Origin: an uncultured Arenicella sp.
GTDB taxonomy: Bacteria > Pseudomonadota > Gammaproteobacteria > Arenicellales > Arenicellaceae
Length of the DNA stretch: 64,000 nt
Reading direction: 5' to 3'
Assembly: GCA_943846765.1 (NCBI GenBank)
Contig: OX044369.1
Coordinates: 1,832,715-1,896,714 of the forward strand
Positions 45,155 to 55,505 of the stretch are shown here, piece by piece. The notes under the pieces are model-generated. The model saw nothing but the letters and a program-made list of their open reading frames with translations, searched no databases and was not told the DNA's origin. The translations under genes and the position numbers were made by a program. Each line of letters starts with the position of its first letter. The first letter of the stretch is position 1.

Positions 45155-46122
45155 ACATCGCAATCGTAATTGCTCACAAAGGCGGTCGTCGTATAGAGCG
45201 CTTGACGGTGGGTGAAAGTCCTTTACGGATCGGTCGGGGCTGGGGCAGCGATATCCTGTTGGACGATAAGTTTGTGAATGAAAATCATATTGAGTTATCG
45301 GTAGATGATGGTGAGCTATACGTTCGTGATCTTTCAACCAGAAATGGAACGCTCTTAGATGGAAAACGGATTGATTCTTCACCGCAAAAAGTGCGCTTTG
45401 GTCAAGTGCTTGGCATAGGCGATTCTCAAGTACAGATCCAAAACGTGCAGGCCTCTGTGGCGCCCGCTAGCTTCCGCTCAGCATGGTTTCTCTTGATGGA
45501 GCGGTTTGGTTCGACCAAATCCATATTGTCATTGACCGCTGTAGCTCTTTTCCTCCAAGCCCTTGTTGCATGGATGGGAAGTTCACAGGAGTATGGCTTG
45601 GGTGATGCGCTGGTTGGCGTAGGCACGCTTTTGGTTGCTATTACTATTGCAGCCTTAACATTAGGCTTAGTCAGTAAACTGCTGCGAAACGAGGCGAGCC
45701 TGAAATCACATTGGCTCGTCATCGTTATTGCGTTAATCGCCAACGTCTTGATCGATTTTCTATTGCAAATAGTACGTTTCAATTTGCAGATGCCTGTATT
45801 GAGCGACTCCATTGCTATGCTAGCAATGGGTGCTATAGCCTCTTTGTTTATAGTTGGCTTTTTAAGTTATGCCACTTACTTAAGTCCGTCAAAACGTTGG
45901 CTTTGGTCTGTATCTGTTGTGGGCCTATTCGTTATTTTTAGTTACTCAGAAGACTGGTTGAAGGAGGACCATCAGCGCTGGACTAGTTACAGTTCTTCTG
46001 AGGGCTTAACTCTGCCGCCCGCGCTTCTTTTTCGCTCTACGACCAGTGTTACTGACTACTTTGATGCAAGCGATGAGTTGTTCGGTTTCACGCCAGGTGA
46101 ACTGGCCGATAGTGATAATTAG
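45151..46122 (+). CDS. FHA-domain protein with a C-terminal multi-TM region
   Basis: The FHA core LRIGRGWGSDILLDDKFVNENHIELSVDDGELYVRDLSTRNGTLLDGKRI, then about 5 TM helices. The start overlaps the protease stop (ATGA). Confidence 0.75.
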   Translation: MNIAIVIAHKGGRRIERLTVGESPLRIGRGWGSDILLDDKFVNENHIELSVDDGELYVRDLSTRNGTLLDGKRIDSSPQKVRFGQVLGIGDSQVQIQNVQASVAPASFRSAWFLLMERFGSTKSILSLTAVALFLQALVAWMGSSQEYGLGDALVGVGTLLVAITIAALTLGLVSKLLRNEASLKSHWLVIVIALIANVLIDFLLQIVRFNLQMPVLSDSIAMLAMGAIASLFIVGFLSYATYLSPSKRWLWSVSVVGLFVIFSYSEDWLKEDHQRWTSYSSSEGLTLPPALLFRSTTSVTDYFDASDELFGFTPGELADSDN

Positions 46123-46150
46123 ACAGTAGCCTAACGTTATAACTAGGTCC

Positions 46151-47023
46151 GTGACTAGGCTCTCAATGAGCCTTCACAGAATAAAATTAATGAAATCTCG
46201 CCCAAATAAACCGCCCAAGCACATTAAAGCACCAGGCCGTATTGCGCTAATCAAAGAAGCAAGAACGCTGGTTGATATTGGCAGCGTGGCTGTGTCTTTT
46301 GCTCAACGTGGGCTATTAGGAAAAGCGGCGAGCCAGCGTGGCAAAAACTCTCCACCGATCATTATGTTTCCCGGTTTCGCATCTGACGATCGATATCTTT
46401 GGCCACTGCGACGTTATTTAATGAGTCTAGGCTATCAAGCCGAAGGTTGGGGGCTTGGAACAAACTTGGCAGGCGCAAACCTTCCCCATACGCTCGATGA
46501 CCTTCATCCCCGTTGGGATATTGAGCATACTAGCAAGGAGTTGCGCGAGGACTATCGCGGCGAAGGCGGTGTTCCGTATCTTTGTGACAAAGCAATAGAG
46601 CGAGTACAACAACGTATTGCTGAGTTAGACAGCCCGGTGATATTGCTAGGCTGGAGCTTGGAGGGGTATGTTGCCCGAGAAGTTGCACGTGAGCTAGACA
46701 AGGATGTTAAACAAGTCATTACGTTTGGTTCGCCAGTGATTGGTGGCCCTAAGTATACGTCAGCGGCCCCCATTTTTAAGGCGCGCGGATTTAACCTCGA
46801 CTGGATTGAGAGCGAAATCGAACGCCGCAATACTAAGCCCATCCAGCAGCCGATAACGGCAATTTATAGTAAGTCAGACGGAATAGTCGGATGGCCAGCA
46901 TCGATAGACCATAACAGCCCCAATGTTGAACACATCGAAGTGGATGCAGCGCATTTAGGGATGGGCTTTAACCGTACGGTATGGAAGTTAGTACTCGAAG
47001 CGCTAGACAAGCACGCTGACTAG
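46151..47023 (+). CDS. Alpha/beta-hydrolase (lipase/esterase-like)
   Basis: IIMFPGF oxyanion region and an ILLGWSLEGYVA nucleophile-elbow-like motif (GWSLE instead of GxSxG). The start is uncertain (GTG 46151 or ATG 46166). Confidence 0.55.
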   Translation: MTRLSMSLHRIKLMKSRPNKPPKHIKAPGRIALIKEARTLVDIGSVAVSFAQRGLLGKAASQRGKNSPPIIMFPGFASDDRYLWPLRRYLMSLGYQAEGWGLGTNLAGANLPHTLDDLHPRWDIEHTSKELREDYRGEGGVPYLCDKAIERVQQRIAELDSPVILLGWSLEGYVAREVARELDKDVKQVITFGSPVIGGPKYTSAAPIFKARGFNLDWIESEIERRNTKPIQQPITAIYSKSDGIVGWPASIDHNSPNVEHIEVDAAHLGMGFNRTVWKLVLEALDKHAD

Positions 47024-47233
47024 CTAATGTTTCGCGCTTGAGGCCGAACCCTCGGCCGCCTAGTTAAGTCACAGAGGCGAATAGCCTTATACGCATGAGC
47101 ACAGGTAAGCGCCGGCGCGAATGAGATTCGTCGGAGATCCTTTTGAGGATGGCAATTTGTGCATTAACAAGCCCACCTTCAACTGATAGACTTGCGCGGC
47201 TAAAGTTCTGAGTAATTTCCACTATATCGTCCA

Positions 47234-48592
47234 ATGAGCGCCGTCGCAGAAATCAAACAACTTGTTCGACTAGCCTTGCCTGTTTCTATCGGGCAGTTGG
47301 CGCTTGTTGGTATGACGGCGACTGACGTACTCATTGCTGGTTGGGCGGGCACAGAAGAGCTTGCAGGCATGAATCTAGGTGTAAACACCTGGAATATGAT
47401 CGCCATGTTCTTTATGGGGATAGGTTTAGCAACGCAACCACTGGTGGCACGCCATTTTGGCGCAAAGAGATCAGCGCGTGTTAAGCACCAATTGCATCAA
47501 AGTATTTGGCTTTGTCTGGCTCTTGGTGTGTTGTGCAGTTTGAGTGCTTTGCTTGCCGTAGTGGGCTTAGGCTATATACAGTTTGAGCCTGAGCTGATGA
47601 GTATCGCGCAAAGCTATTTGCTGGTAATTAGCCTCTGTGGCATACCATTTATACTGTTGCCCGCGCTGCGTGGCACGCTAGAGGGCGTTAGCCTTACTCA
47701 GCCCGTGATGCTCGTCAATTTCGGTGCATTCCTGATCAATATCCCACTGGATTATGTGTTGGTTAACGGCCTGTACGGTTTCCCAGAATTAGGTGGCGTT
47801 GGTTGCGCATGGGCGACGGTTGCCGTGGTTTACATGATGGTGTTTGCCAATCTGTATTTCCTCAAGAAACACCCTAAAGTTGCCGAGCAGAATCTTTTGA
47901 GCGACTTTGAGCCCATTGATAAAGCGACAGTTCTAAAAACCTTCAAGCTTGGATTTCCAATTGGCTTGTCGATCATTATTGAGCTCAGCATGTTTGCGGG
48001 GGCAGGGATCATGATTGCCAAGTTAGGCTCAATCGAAACCGCAGCGCACGCGGTTGCCATTACCATCGCTTCCGCAAGTTTTATGTTTTATATGGGGTTA
48101 GGCCAAGGCGTGACTATTCGAGCGTCGCAAATGCTCGGAGCCGATGATCCTGACGCGGCACGCTTCTCTATAAAAGTGGGTACCATATTAAACGTATCGC
48201 TTGCTGCTTTTATCGCACTTATGTTTGTGCTTTTCGCTGAACCATTGATTCGCATGGCGAGCAGTGATGAGTCGGTGATTGAGCTAGCCATAGTACTACT
48301 TCTATTTGGCGCCGCGTTTCAGATTGCTGACTCGTTACAAGTTGCCATTATCTATGCGCTACGCGCGTATAACGACACGGCGTCACCACCGAAGTATCAG
48401 GTGCTGTCATTTTGGGTATTTGGAGTGCCACTCGGAGTAGGGCTGGCTTTCTTCGATTGGTGGCCTGGGCTAGAAGGCGCAAAAGGAATGTGGACTGCAA
48501 TGACCGCGTCCTTGTATCTAGTGTCTCTCCTGCTGTGGTACCGGCTGTGGCAAATGATATCTAACTATCAACATGAGCCAGAAAGTACATAG
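47234..48592 (+). CDS. MATE-family multidrug efflux transporter (NorM-like)
   Basis: 12 TM helices and an N-terminal LALPVSIGQLALVGMTATDVLIAG block. Confidence 0.85.
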   Translation: MSAVAEIKQLVRLALPVSIGQLALVGMTATDVLIAGWAGTEELAGMNLGVNTWNMIAMFFMGIGLATQPLVARHFGAKRSARVKHQLHQSIWLCLALGVLCSLSALLAVVGLGYIQFEPELMSIAQSYLLVISLCGIPFILLPALRGTLEGVSLTQPVMLVNFGAFLINIPLDYVLVNGLYGFPELGGVGCAWATVAVVYMMVFANLYFLKKHPKVAEQNLLSDFEPIDKATVLKTFKLGFPIGLSIIIELSMFAGAGIMIAKLGSIETAAHAVAITIASASFMFYMGLGQGVTIRASQMLGADDPDAARFSIKVGTILNVSLAAFIALMFVLFAEPLIRMASSDESVIELAIVLLLFGAAFQIADSLQVAIIYALRAYNDTASPPKYQVLSFWVFGVPLGVGLAFFDWWPGLEGAKGMWTAMTASLYLVSLLLWYRLWQMISNYQHEPEST

Positions 48593-48690
48593 TTAGCGGT
48601 CAAAATCACTTCGCAGTAGCGCTTTAATACGTTCCTTGAGGACGATATTCACGCAGCCCGTCTTTACCTGAGAGTCTCTCGGACACAAAA

Positions 48691-48718
48691 AAGGAGCGGT
48701 GTTAGCCGCCCCTCTTTT
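48691..48718. terminator. Possible bidirectional terminator between convergent genes
   Basis: An A-run, then GGAGCGG-TGTTAG-CCGCCCC (one mismatch), then CTTTT. Confidence 0.4.
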
Positions 48719-48763
48719 GACACTTTTTTGCAACAAAGTTACAAAAGAGTGTGGCTAAAGCGT

Positions 48764-50719
48764 TTAGGCTTTAGCTTTTACTGCGGCAACCCACTCGTTG
48801 ATTTTATCTTCAACATTGCTCAAAGGCAGTGGACCGTACTTTAATATTTCGTCATGGAAAGCACGGATATCAAACGCATCGCCAAGCTCTGCTTTGGCGT
48901 TTTCACGCAATTCTAAAATCTTCAACATACCGATTTTATAAGCGGTTGCTTGCGATGGCATTACGATATGACGTTCCACCATTTTTACACCGTCAGAGAC
49001 AGCGTTAGGCGTATTGTCGGTGTAGTACTTAATGCCGTCTTCACGCGTCCACTTCTTAGTGTGGATGCCGGTGTCGACTACTAAGCGGCAGGCTCTCCAG
49101 AGTTCCATCGCTAAACGACCAAAGTCTGAATAAGGGTCTGAGTACATACCGATTTCTTTTGGTAAGAATTCAGAGTACAAGCCCCAGCCTTCGATATAAG
49201 CTGTATAGCCGCCAAACTTACGGAACTTAGGAATGTCCTTAAGCTCTTGCTGAATAGCAAGCTGCATGTGGTGACCGGGAATACCTTCGTGGTATGCCAA
49301 AGCTTCCATCTGGTACGTTGGCATGGCGCGCATGTCATACAAGTTAGCGTAGTACAAACCTGGACGAGTACCGTCTTCAGAAGGACGTTGGTAGAAGGCT
49401 TTACCGGCTGATTTTTCTCTAAACGCTTCAACAGCCTTAACATTTAGGTCCGCTTTAGGCTTAGTTAAAAACAATTCGTCTAAACGACCTTTCATCGTAT
49501 CGATAAGAGCGGTTGCTTCAGCTAGATAACGATCTTTGCCTTCTTGGTCGTTGGCAGAGTAAAACTCATCTGAGTCGCGCATGTGCTGCATAAATGCGCT
49601 TAAGTCGCTTTCAAAGCCAACAGTCTCTTTAATCTGACGCATTTCGTCATGAATACGCGCAACTTCGTCCAAACCAATTTGATGAATTTCTTCAGCGGTT
49701 AAGTCCGTTGTTGTTGTGCGCTTAAGAGCGACATCAAAGTATTCTGCGCCGTTTTTCCATTTCCAAACGCCGTCATCGGTAGTCGCTACCGCTTCAAGGT
49801 TGGCTAACTTCGCAATTAATGCTTCATAGGCCGGTTTAACAGAGTCATTCATGGCTGCTGTAGCGTCGGCCAACAATTGATCATGTGTCGCTTGGTCAAT
49901 TTGCGCTTCTTCGCCGTCGTCACCAGCCGCTGCTAGACCGGCTATTTTTGCTTTAAAGTCACTGAAGATTGCACTGTCTTCGCAGTCGTCAAATGGCGCG
50001 CCAGTAATAATGTTTTGGCTGTCGCGAATAACGTGAGGAAAAACAAATTTCGGTGGAATGATACCAATGGCGGTACGCGCATCGATATTCTTAATCAGTT
50101 GGTCAAAGTAAGGCTTTAAACCATTCAATCGAGAAACATAGGCTTGCGCATCGGAAAGCGAGTTAACTCGGTGTTGATTGATGAGCATCGACGGAACAAA
50201 AGAATGCGTTCCGAACATTTGATTTACTGGGTAGTTGTATAAGCGCCAGCGATGATCTTCGATCTGCTCTTCAAGACCTTGTTTAGCGAGTTGGAAGCTT
50301 AGTTTTGTAGGTTCGTCTAGGGCATCAAAATCGAACTCCAAAAGAGAGGCAAGTTCTTGTTTGTTGATCGCTAATGTCTCTTCAGCGAACTCAGGACTAA
50401 TGTCGTCCCATTCGCCCATGCGCTCAGAACGACCTAAGAAAGTGAGTGAACTTGGACTACGAGCAATAGAGTCTTCAAAGGTTTTCTCAAAGAAGGCATT
50501 AACTCGTTCTGATTCTGACATGGATTCGTCGGCAACCGACTCAGCAATTTCGACGTCAGTCGTTTGCGCTGTGCTATCTGTGTCTGCTGGAGGAGTGGTG
50601 TCTGAGCATGCGGCCAAGACTAGCGAAAGGCTAAGAAGAGCTGCAGTAGATACGCCAGCTCTTGAGGTTTTTTGTGGCAGTGCGCTCAAAGAACGCCACG
50701 CCGAGGTAAGGTGGTTCAT
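48764..50719 (-). CDS. DUF885-family exported lipoprotein (metallopeptidase-like)
   Basis: Lipobox LVLAAC and the YHEGIPGHHMQ motif characteristic of DUF885. 651 aa. Confidence 0.65.
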   Translation of the reverse strand: MNHLTSAWRSLSALPQKTSRAGVSTAALLSLSLVLAACSDTTPPADTDSTAQTTDVEIAESVADESMSESERVNAFFEKTFEDSIARSPSSLTFLGRSERMGEWDDISPEFAEETLAINKQELASLLEFDFDALDEPTKLSFQLAKQGLEEQIEDHRWRLYNYPVNQMFGTHSFVPSMLINQHRVNSLSDAQAYVSRLNGLKPYFDQLIKNIDARTAIGIIPPKFVFPHVIRDSQNIITGAPFDDCEDSAIFSDFKAKIAGLAAAGDDGEEAQIDQATHDQLLADATAAMNDSVKPAYEALIAKLANLEAVATTDDGVWKWKNGAEYFDVALKRTTTTDLTAEEIHQIGLDEVARIHDEMRQIKETVGFESDLSAFMQHMRDSDEFYSANDQEGKDRYLAEATALIDTMKGRLDELFLTKPKADLNVKAVEAFREKSAGKAFYQRPSEDGTRPGLYYANLYDMRAMPTYQMEALAYHEGIPGHHMQLAIQQELKDIPKFRKFGGYTAYIEGWGLYSEFLPKEIGMYSDPYSDFGRLAMELWRACRLVVDTGIHTKKWTREDGIKYYTDNTPNAVSDGVKMVERHIVMPSQATAYKIGMLKILELRENAKAELGDAFDIRAFHDEILKYGPLPLSNVEDKINEWVAAVKAKA

Positions 50720-50967
50720 GTGATGCCTCGTTGTTATTTTAAAGGGACTCGTCGAGGCGGCTACACATGGGCGACACTCACTTTCGACAAGGGTTACACT
50801 AGTTTAACAATTTGTGGGCAAATAAAACGTGACCTAAATTCTATGCAATGTTTCTTTTTAGGTTATTTAGTTGCGTCACGCTTGGCCAATTACCAACCAA
50901 GCATGACTTTAACTAAATGCTCGCTGAGCGAACGGCCAATCCGTAAAGAGGATTAAGACAGGCGAGC

Positions 50968-52056
50968 CTAAATCATAGATATGATGATGCCTTCTTTTGG
51001 CGACGCTTTGCCATTCAATACGTCAGCATAAACAGAGTCTAATCCTGCCAGACCGACCACCTTATTAATCTCTAACCACTGCTTGGACTTCGCCGATGCA
51101 CTCACTACGAATTGAGTAGACTTTTCATCGAATTGACGACCGCCCCAGTCCTTTATGCGTTTTACTATGTGCCCAGGGGCGAAAAACTGTTCACTGCGTT
51201 CAGCAATAAAGTCAGGCCCCATGTTGGCATCGTCCCAATGAGTGATGCCGACGTTACTGCAAAATTTCATATTGTCGCCAAGGTGTTTGTGTAAACGCCC
51301 AAGCACTTCTCCATTGGCAGACATATCAACAATAACTGTTGGCTTTGTAGCGTCAATTGTCTCAATGTCTTTGTAGTCAACAACACTTTCGTAAAGTGAA
51401 ATACTCTTTACAAAGTCGATATTACGACTCGATGTTAGACCAATAAGAGTCGGGGATTTATCATTCTCGGCGATAGCATAAGCTGTTCCAATGCTGGTTT
51501 TACTTGAAGCACTAATAATGACGACTTGTTCCGCACCAAACCAATCTCGGTCTTGAAACATATCGTCAATACAAAAAGCCGTTAGGTATAGAGGCGATAG
51601 CAACATACGCTCATTGTCAAAACTAGGGTTGTAACCAGCTTCGTTGGTGACTCGGCGGTAAACGTTATACGCAGGCGGGAGACTTGAGCGATGATCTGTC
51701 GCGTCGATTAGGCTAGTCGCAGAGACTCTTGTCGGCTTGATCGTTAAGCTTGTTGCTGGTGGGAAGTATCCAAAAATTTTCTCGCCTATTGCTATCTCTT
51801 CAGATTTTGACTCAACTACCTCAGCAAAACCCCACACGGGGATAACACCCCATTCAGCATTATCACTGTTCTGTGGCGGGAAGAACTCCCAGTAACGAAT
51901 GCGATCACCGACTACTGCGTAGGTGATGTTGTTAGCGGTAAACGAATAGTTCTGGACAGCGCAGCGCACTTCGCCGTCTTCTAATGGTTTGTCCGTATAG
52001 TCAACGATTTGAGTTTTAGAGAAGTCGCGTTTATGCGTTTGAAATTGTTGTGCCAT
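50968..52056 (-). CDS. Conserved hypothetical protein (possibly DUF2855, MDR-like fold)
   Basis: 362 aa and no TM. The family assignment is from recollection only. It lies 40 nt downstream of the flavoprotein gene, so they are probably one operon. Confidence 0.4.
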   Translation of the reverse strand: MAQQFQTHKRDFSKTQIVDYTDKPLEDGEVRCAVQNYSFTANNITYAVVGDRIRYWEFFPPQNSDNAEWGVIPVWGFAEVVESKSEEIAIGEKIFGYFPPATSLTIKPTRVSATSLIDATDHRSSLPPAYNVYRRVTNEAGYNPSFDNERMLLSPLYLTAFCIDDMFQDRDWFGAEQVVIISASSKTSIGTAYAIAENDKSPTLIGLTSSRNIDFVKSISLYESVVDYKDIETIDATKPTVIVDMSANGEVLGRLHKHLGDNMKFCSNVGITHWDDANMGPDFIAERSEQFFAPGHIVKRIKDWGGRQFDEKSTQFVVSASAKSKQWLEINKVVGLAGLDSVYADVLNGKASPKEGIIISMI

Positions 52057-52096
52057 TCTTGAAGCCCTTTTTTAGTTTGTTCTTAGCGTGATTAGC

Positions 52097-53515
52097 TTAT
52101 TGTACAGCTTTGCGTGTCATAACTTCGCGCATAAGCTTTGGCATATTTTCAGCAGCTGCCGGCACGGCGGCCCTTAAGCGCCCAAGTACAGCCATTTCTT
52201 CTTCCGTTGTTGATTCGTCAGGAATAGTAAGTCCGGTAAAACCGTCGAGTCGATTGCTGATTAACCATTCTCGCAACCCCGCTTCTTGTGACCACTTAAA
52301 TTGATTTTGCATTTGACCTGCATTTGACAACAACCAATCAACATCGTCGTTCGGCAGAGGAACAACCGTGCATAGATCATTCTTCTTGTCTTGGTCATCG
52401 TAATTAGCTTCAACGTGCGCGATAAACGACGCACTGAAGACGGGTTGGATCGTTCTTACTGTTTGAACAGTAATTAGCTTGCCATCAAATACCGGCTTGA
52501 TGTCTTGTACTGGTACCGCACGAGCCGAACAATCAATGTAGAGTGCATCTGCTTTTGCATCAACACTGCCTTGTTCGAGCTCGATGCTGGTTGGGTTTAT
52601 GTGTTTAACACGCCCAAGGCGAACAACATTGGTTACTTTTCGAAGCTCGGTAATCTCATCTTGGCTCACCGTCGCACCGTGATACATTTTTGGCCGTGTA
52701 TCGGGGTAGATACGTAATAGACAGCCAGCATCTTCAAGACGATCAAACAGGTCATCCATTGAATCCGCTTGTCCTATTGCTTCGGCTTGAAGGGCTTGGG
52801 CGCCCATGGTGCTCATAAAAAACTCGCGTGCAGGTTGCGCGTTTTCACGATTCATTAACCACCCATCACGAGGCATGATCCATTTGATTCTATCGGCAGG
52901 AATCTGATTCTCAAGCATCCACAAAACCGCGTCTATGCCTGTTTTACCGCCCCCTACCACCACATATTCGTTACGAGGCTCTTTTAATTGCGGCAGCTCA
53001 TTTAACGGAATTACATCAATACTAGGGTCATTGCTATAGCTGCGCGTATGCGTTGCCGGTACTGATGTTTTAAAGTGTGTTCCATCAACAATCTTCTTAT
53101 TAACGCTCACTTGGTATTCTTGACCAGACAACATCGCCGAAAACTTACCGTCACCTGCGTATTGGCACATAGGGAAGTATTGCACTCGGCCCGATGGTAG
53201 AAAGCGGTGCTGCATTACTTGATTAAAGTAGCTCATCACTTCACCGCCTGTCGCGAGCTCCATTAGGCCCTTGTTCAGGCCAACCTCGTCTTTACGTCCA
53301 CTGCTGAGCTCCGCTGAGCCAACGCCATAAAAAGCAGAAGGCTGGTGTAATGTCACAAAGGGGTATGCGTCATTCCAATGACCACCGGGCTTATGGTGGT
53401 TATCCACAATTAAAATGTTAGCGTCGGATTCGCTTAATAGTACGTCGGCAAACGCCATGCCTACTGCGCCGCAGCCGATAATAAGGTAGTCCGTTTCTAA
53501 TTGAATTGTGCTCAT
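52097..53515 (-). CDS. FAD/NAD(P)-binding oxidoreductase (flavin monooxygenase-like, two dinucleotide folds)
   Basis: DYLIIGCGAVGMA (GxGxxG) followed by PGGHW, and a second fold YVVVGGGKTGIDA. ATG 53515 is preferred over TTG 53527. Confidence 0.7.
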   Translation of the reverse strand: MSTIQLETDYLIIGCGAVGMAFADVLLSESDANILIVDNHHKPGGHWNDAYPFVTLHQPSAFYGVGSAELSSGRKDEVGLNKGLMELATGGEVMSYFNQVMQHRFLPSGRVQYFPMCQYAGDGKFSAMLSGQEYQVSVNKKIVDGTHFKTSVPATHTRSYSNDPSIDVIPLNELPQLKEPRNEYVVVGGGKTGIDAVLWMLENQIPADRIKWIMPRDGWLMNRENAQPAREFFMSTMGAQALQAEAIGQADSMDDLFDRLEDAGCLLRIYPDTRPKMYHGATVSQDEITELRKVTNVVRLGRVKHINPTSIELEQGSVDAKADALYIDCSARAVPVQDIKPVFDGKLITVQTVRTIQPVFSASFIAHVEANYDDQDKKNDLCTVVPLPNDDVDWLLSNAGQMQNQFKWSQEAGLREWLISNRLDGFTGLTIPDESTTEEEMAVLGRLRAAVPAAAENMPKLMREVMTRKAVQ

Positions 53516-53629
53516 GGTGACTCTCAATGTTTAAAAGTTGATGTGTGGTTGTCTTTGTTTGTAGCAGCTTGTGGTGGTCAGCAGCGGCAATCGAATCAAA
53601 GCCTGTCTACGGGTTTATTTATTGCTGGA

Positions 53630-53667
53630 ATATAACGGTGTTATATATTAGAATAACGGTGTTATAT
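53630..53667. promoter_or_regulatory. Two tandem palindromic operators, ATATAAC-GGT-GTTATAT (53630..53646) and GAATAAC-GGT-GTTATAT (53651..53667)
   Basis: 7-bp inverted arms and 21-bp centre-to-centre spacing, in the divergent promoter between the flavoprotein operon and the TetR gene. Confidence 0.6.
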
Positions 53668-53730
53668 TTGTCAAATCAAATTTCGAAATTAGTTATAAAA
53701 TAAATGACCGACGCTACGTAAAAGCCAAAG

Positions 53731-54375
53731 GTGATACAAATGATCGAGCGTAATAGCAAATCAGAACTGGCCCAGAACAATATTCTAAAGGCGGCCTCAG
53801 ACTTGTTTTTGAGTGGTGGTGTTAAGGCGATATCGGCTCGCGCGATTGCACAGAAAGCCGGCGTTTCAACGATGGGCATCTATAGCCACTTCAACGGTAA
53901 GCAAGGTATTTTAGATGCCCTATATATTGAAGGATTTGAATTGGTGTCGCAGGCAATGAATGTCGATGCGGGTCTAACACCGTTGGCAAGCCTGATGCAG
54001 GCCACTGACCAATACCTAAGCCTGGGCGAAAATTATGAAGCGCATTATCGTTTAATTTTCGGTGAGGCAGACAGCGGCTATGAGCCATCGGCCGAGGCCA
54101 AGGCGATTAGGCTTGAATCGTTTGGTAAGTTGGTGGCGGTTACATCAACCTTATTGCCCGCATCTGGGGCAGAGACAGAAGGGAGCAGTGATGAACGTGG
54201 ACGCCAGTTTGCGCTGGAAATATGGGCATTGCTCCACGGTTTTGTGAGCCTTAAACATCACACTCTCGGTGCAATTTCAAACGATGATTCGCCAGCAAAG
54301 CCCTACCATTGGAATTGGAAAGACTCTGCGAGAGCCGCTATACGTCGACTCGCTGCGAGTTACCGTATCGACTAG
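53731..54375 (+). CDS. TetR/AcrR-family transcriptional regulator
   Basis: N-terminal HTH (ILKAASDLFLSGGVKAISARAIAQKAGVSTMGIYSHF). 214 aa. Start is GTG 53731 or ATG 53740. Confidence 0.85.
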   Translation: MIQMIERNSKSELAQNNILKAASDLFLSGGVKAISARAIAQKAGVSTMGIYSHFNGKQGILDALYIEGFELVSQAMNVDAGLTPLASLMQATDQYLSLGENYEAHYRLIFGEADSGYEPSAEAKAIRLESFGKLVAVTSTLLPASGAETEGSSDERGRQFALEIWALLHGFVSLKHHTLGAISNDDSPAKPYHWNWKDSARAAIRRLAASYRID

Positions 54376-54405
54376 TTATTACATCAACTGCTTGCGACTT
54401 TAAAA

Positions 54406-55386
54406 CTAGCTAACTAGCCAAATAACACCGGATATTACACCCCAGACTAGAAGCCCCAACAGGACAAACAGTGTAGTGTTTACCGTGTACTTAAGCGTCT
54501 TATAGGCGACGAGGTTTGTTTCTTTGAGATTTTTAGAACGCTCTAGAGCTGGAACCAGTCCTGCGAAAATGCGATTAAATAGCCCACGTTTATCAGCATC
54601 AGTATTGGGTACGATAAATGCCTTCATTAGAATTTTGTAAGGCCAATTCAGAATACTGCCCAACCATGACATTGGACGCTCTATGTCGCACATCAAGATT
54701 AAACGCGGCTTGTGCGCATCATTATGCGCAAAATGTAGGAACGTTACGTCAAATAATAATGGCTCGCCGTCGCGCCATGAATAAGGCGTGTCGTCTATGC
54801 TGATGTAGCATTTGTCATCGTTAGGGGTATCTAGACCAAGGTGGTACCGCAGGCTGCACGCTACCGGATCTAAATGACGCGTGAGTTGACCACCTGGGGG
54901 TAACACCGAAAACATAGCGCCGTTGACTGAAGGGATTTTGCTTAACAATTCGATTGTTTTTGGGCAAGTGCTTTTAGCTGATTCGTGAGTGTAGCCGTAC
55001 CAGTTAAGGTAAAACTTGGTCCACCCATACTTATAAAAGGTACGAAATCCTACGTCATAATAAGAGGCCGACTTAGGATCGCCAATCGAATCAAAGCCAC
55101 CTTCGGCCATTAACTCTAATGCTTCCTCACGAATCATTTCCCAGTTGTCTTGAAGTTCCTGTAGCTCAGGAAACTCGGTCATATCCATGATCGCAGGCTT
55201 CGCCTTAGATTTGGTAAAGAGATATAACAGGCAATTGAAGGGAGTGAATATTGGCCAACCCTTGCGTAAATATTCTCCAAAGCTGGCATAACGGGCCTGA
55301 CCTCGGTAGGCATAGACATAAGTCAGAGAGGCCACGCAGAAGATCGCGATGAAAAGCATGATGAGAGAAGTCATTTTATTCGACAA
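54406..55386 (-). CDS. Aspartyl/asparaginyl beta-hydroxylase family protein (LpxO-like), membrane anchored
   Basis: N- and C-terminal TM helices and a cupin-like core with LTRHLDP / HFAHND His motifs. Confidence 0.55.
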   Translation of the reverse strand: MSNKMTSLIMLFIAIFCVASLTYVYAYRGQARYASFGEYLRKGWPIFTPFNCLLYLFTKSKAKPAIMDMTEFPELQELQDNWEMIREEALELMAEGGFDSIGDPKSASYYDVGFRTFYKYGWTKFYLNWYGYTHESAKSTCPKTIELLSKIPSVNGAMFSVLPPGGQLTRHLDPVACSLRYHLGLDTPNDDKCYISIDDTPYSWRDGEPLLFDVTFLHFAHNDAHKPRLILMCDIERPMSWLGSILNWPYKILMKAFIVPNTDADKRGLFNRIFAGLVPALERSKNLKETNLVAYKTLKYTVNTTLFVLLGLLVWGVISGVIWLVS

Positions 55387-55505
55387 GTAGGCTGTGCATT
55401 TGACGCGAAATATAGCTTAAACTGGTCCAGTTCCGAAGTAATTGACGGCTAAAACTGTCAGATTCTTATTGATCACCTTTTTATCAACACATTTTGAGAC
55501 TTATT

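Noticed and set aside
47050-47075. GGCCGA-ACCC-TCGGCC hairpin after the alpha/beta hydrolase gene as a terminator.
   Set aside because: No U-run follows it. It could be a REP-like element or chance, so I did not list it as a feature.
50361-50956. 120-aa and 94-aa plus-strand ORFs near the DUF885 start.
   Set aside because: The first is antisense to the DUF885 N-terminus. The second lies in the promoter region and has Arg/Cys-rich, non-protein-like composition.
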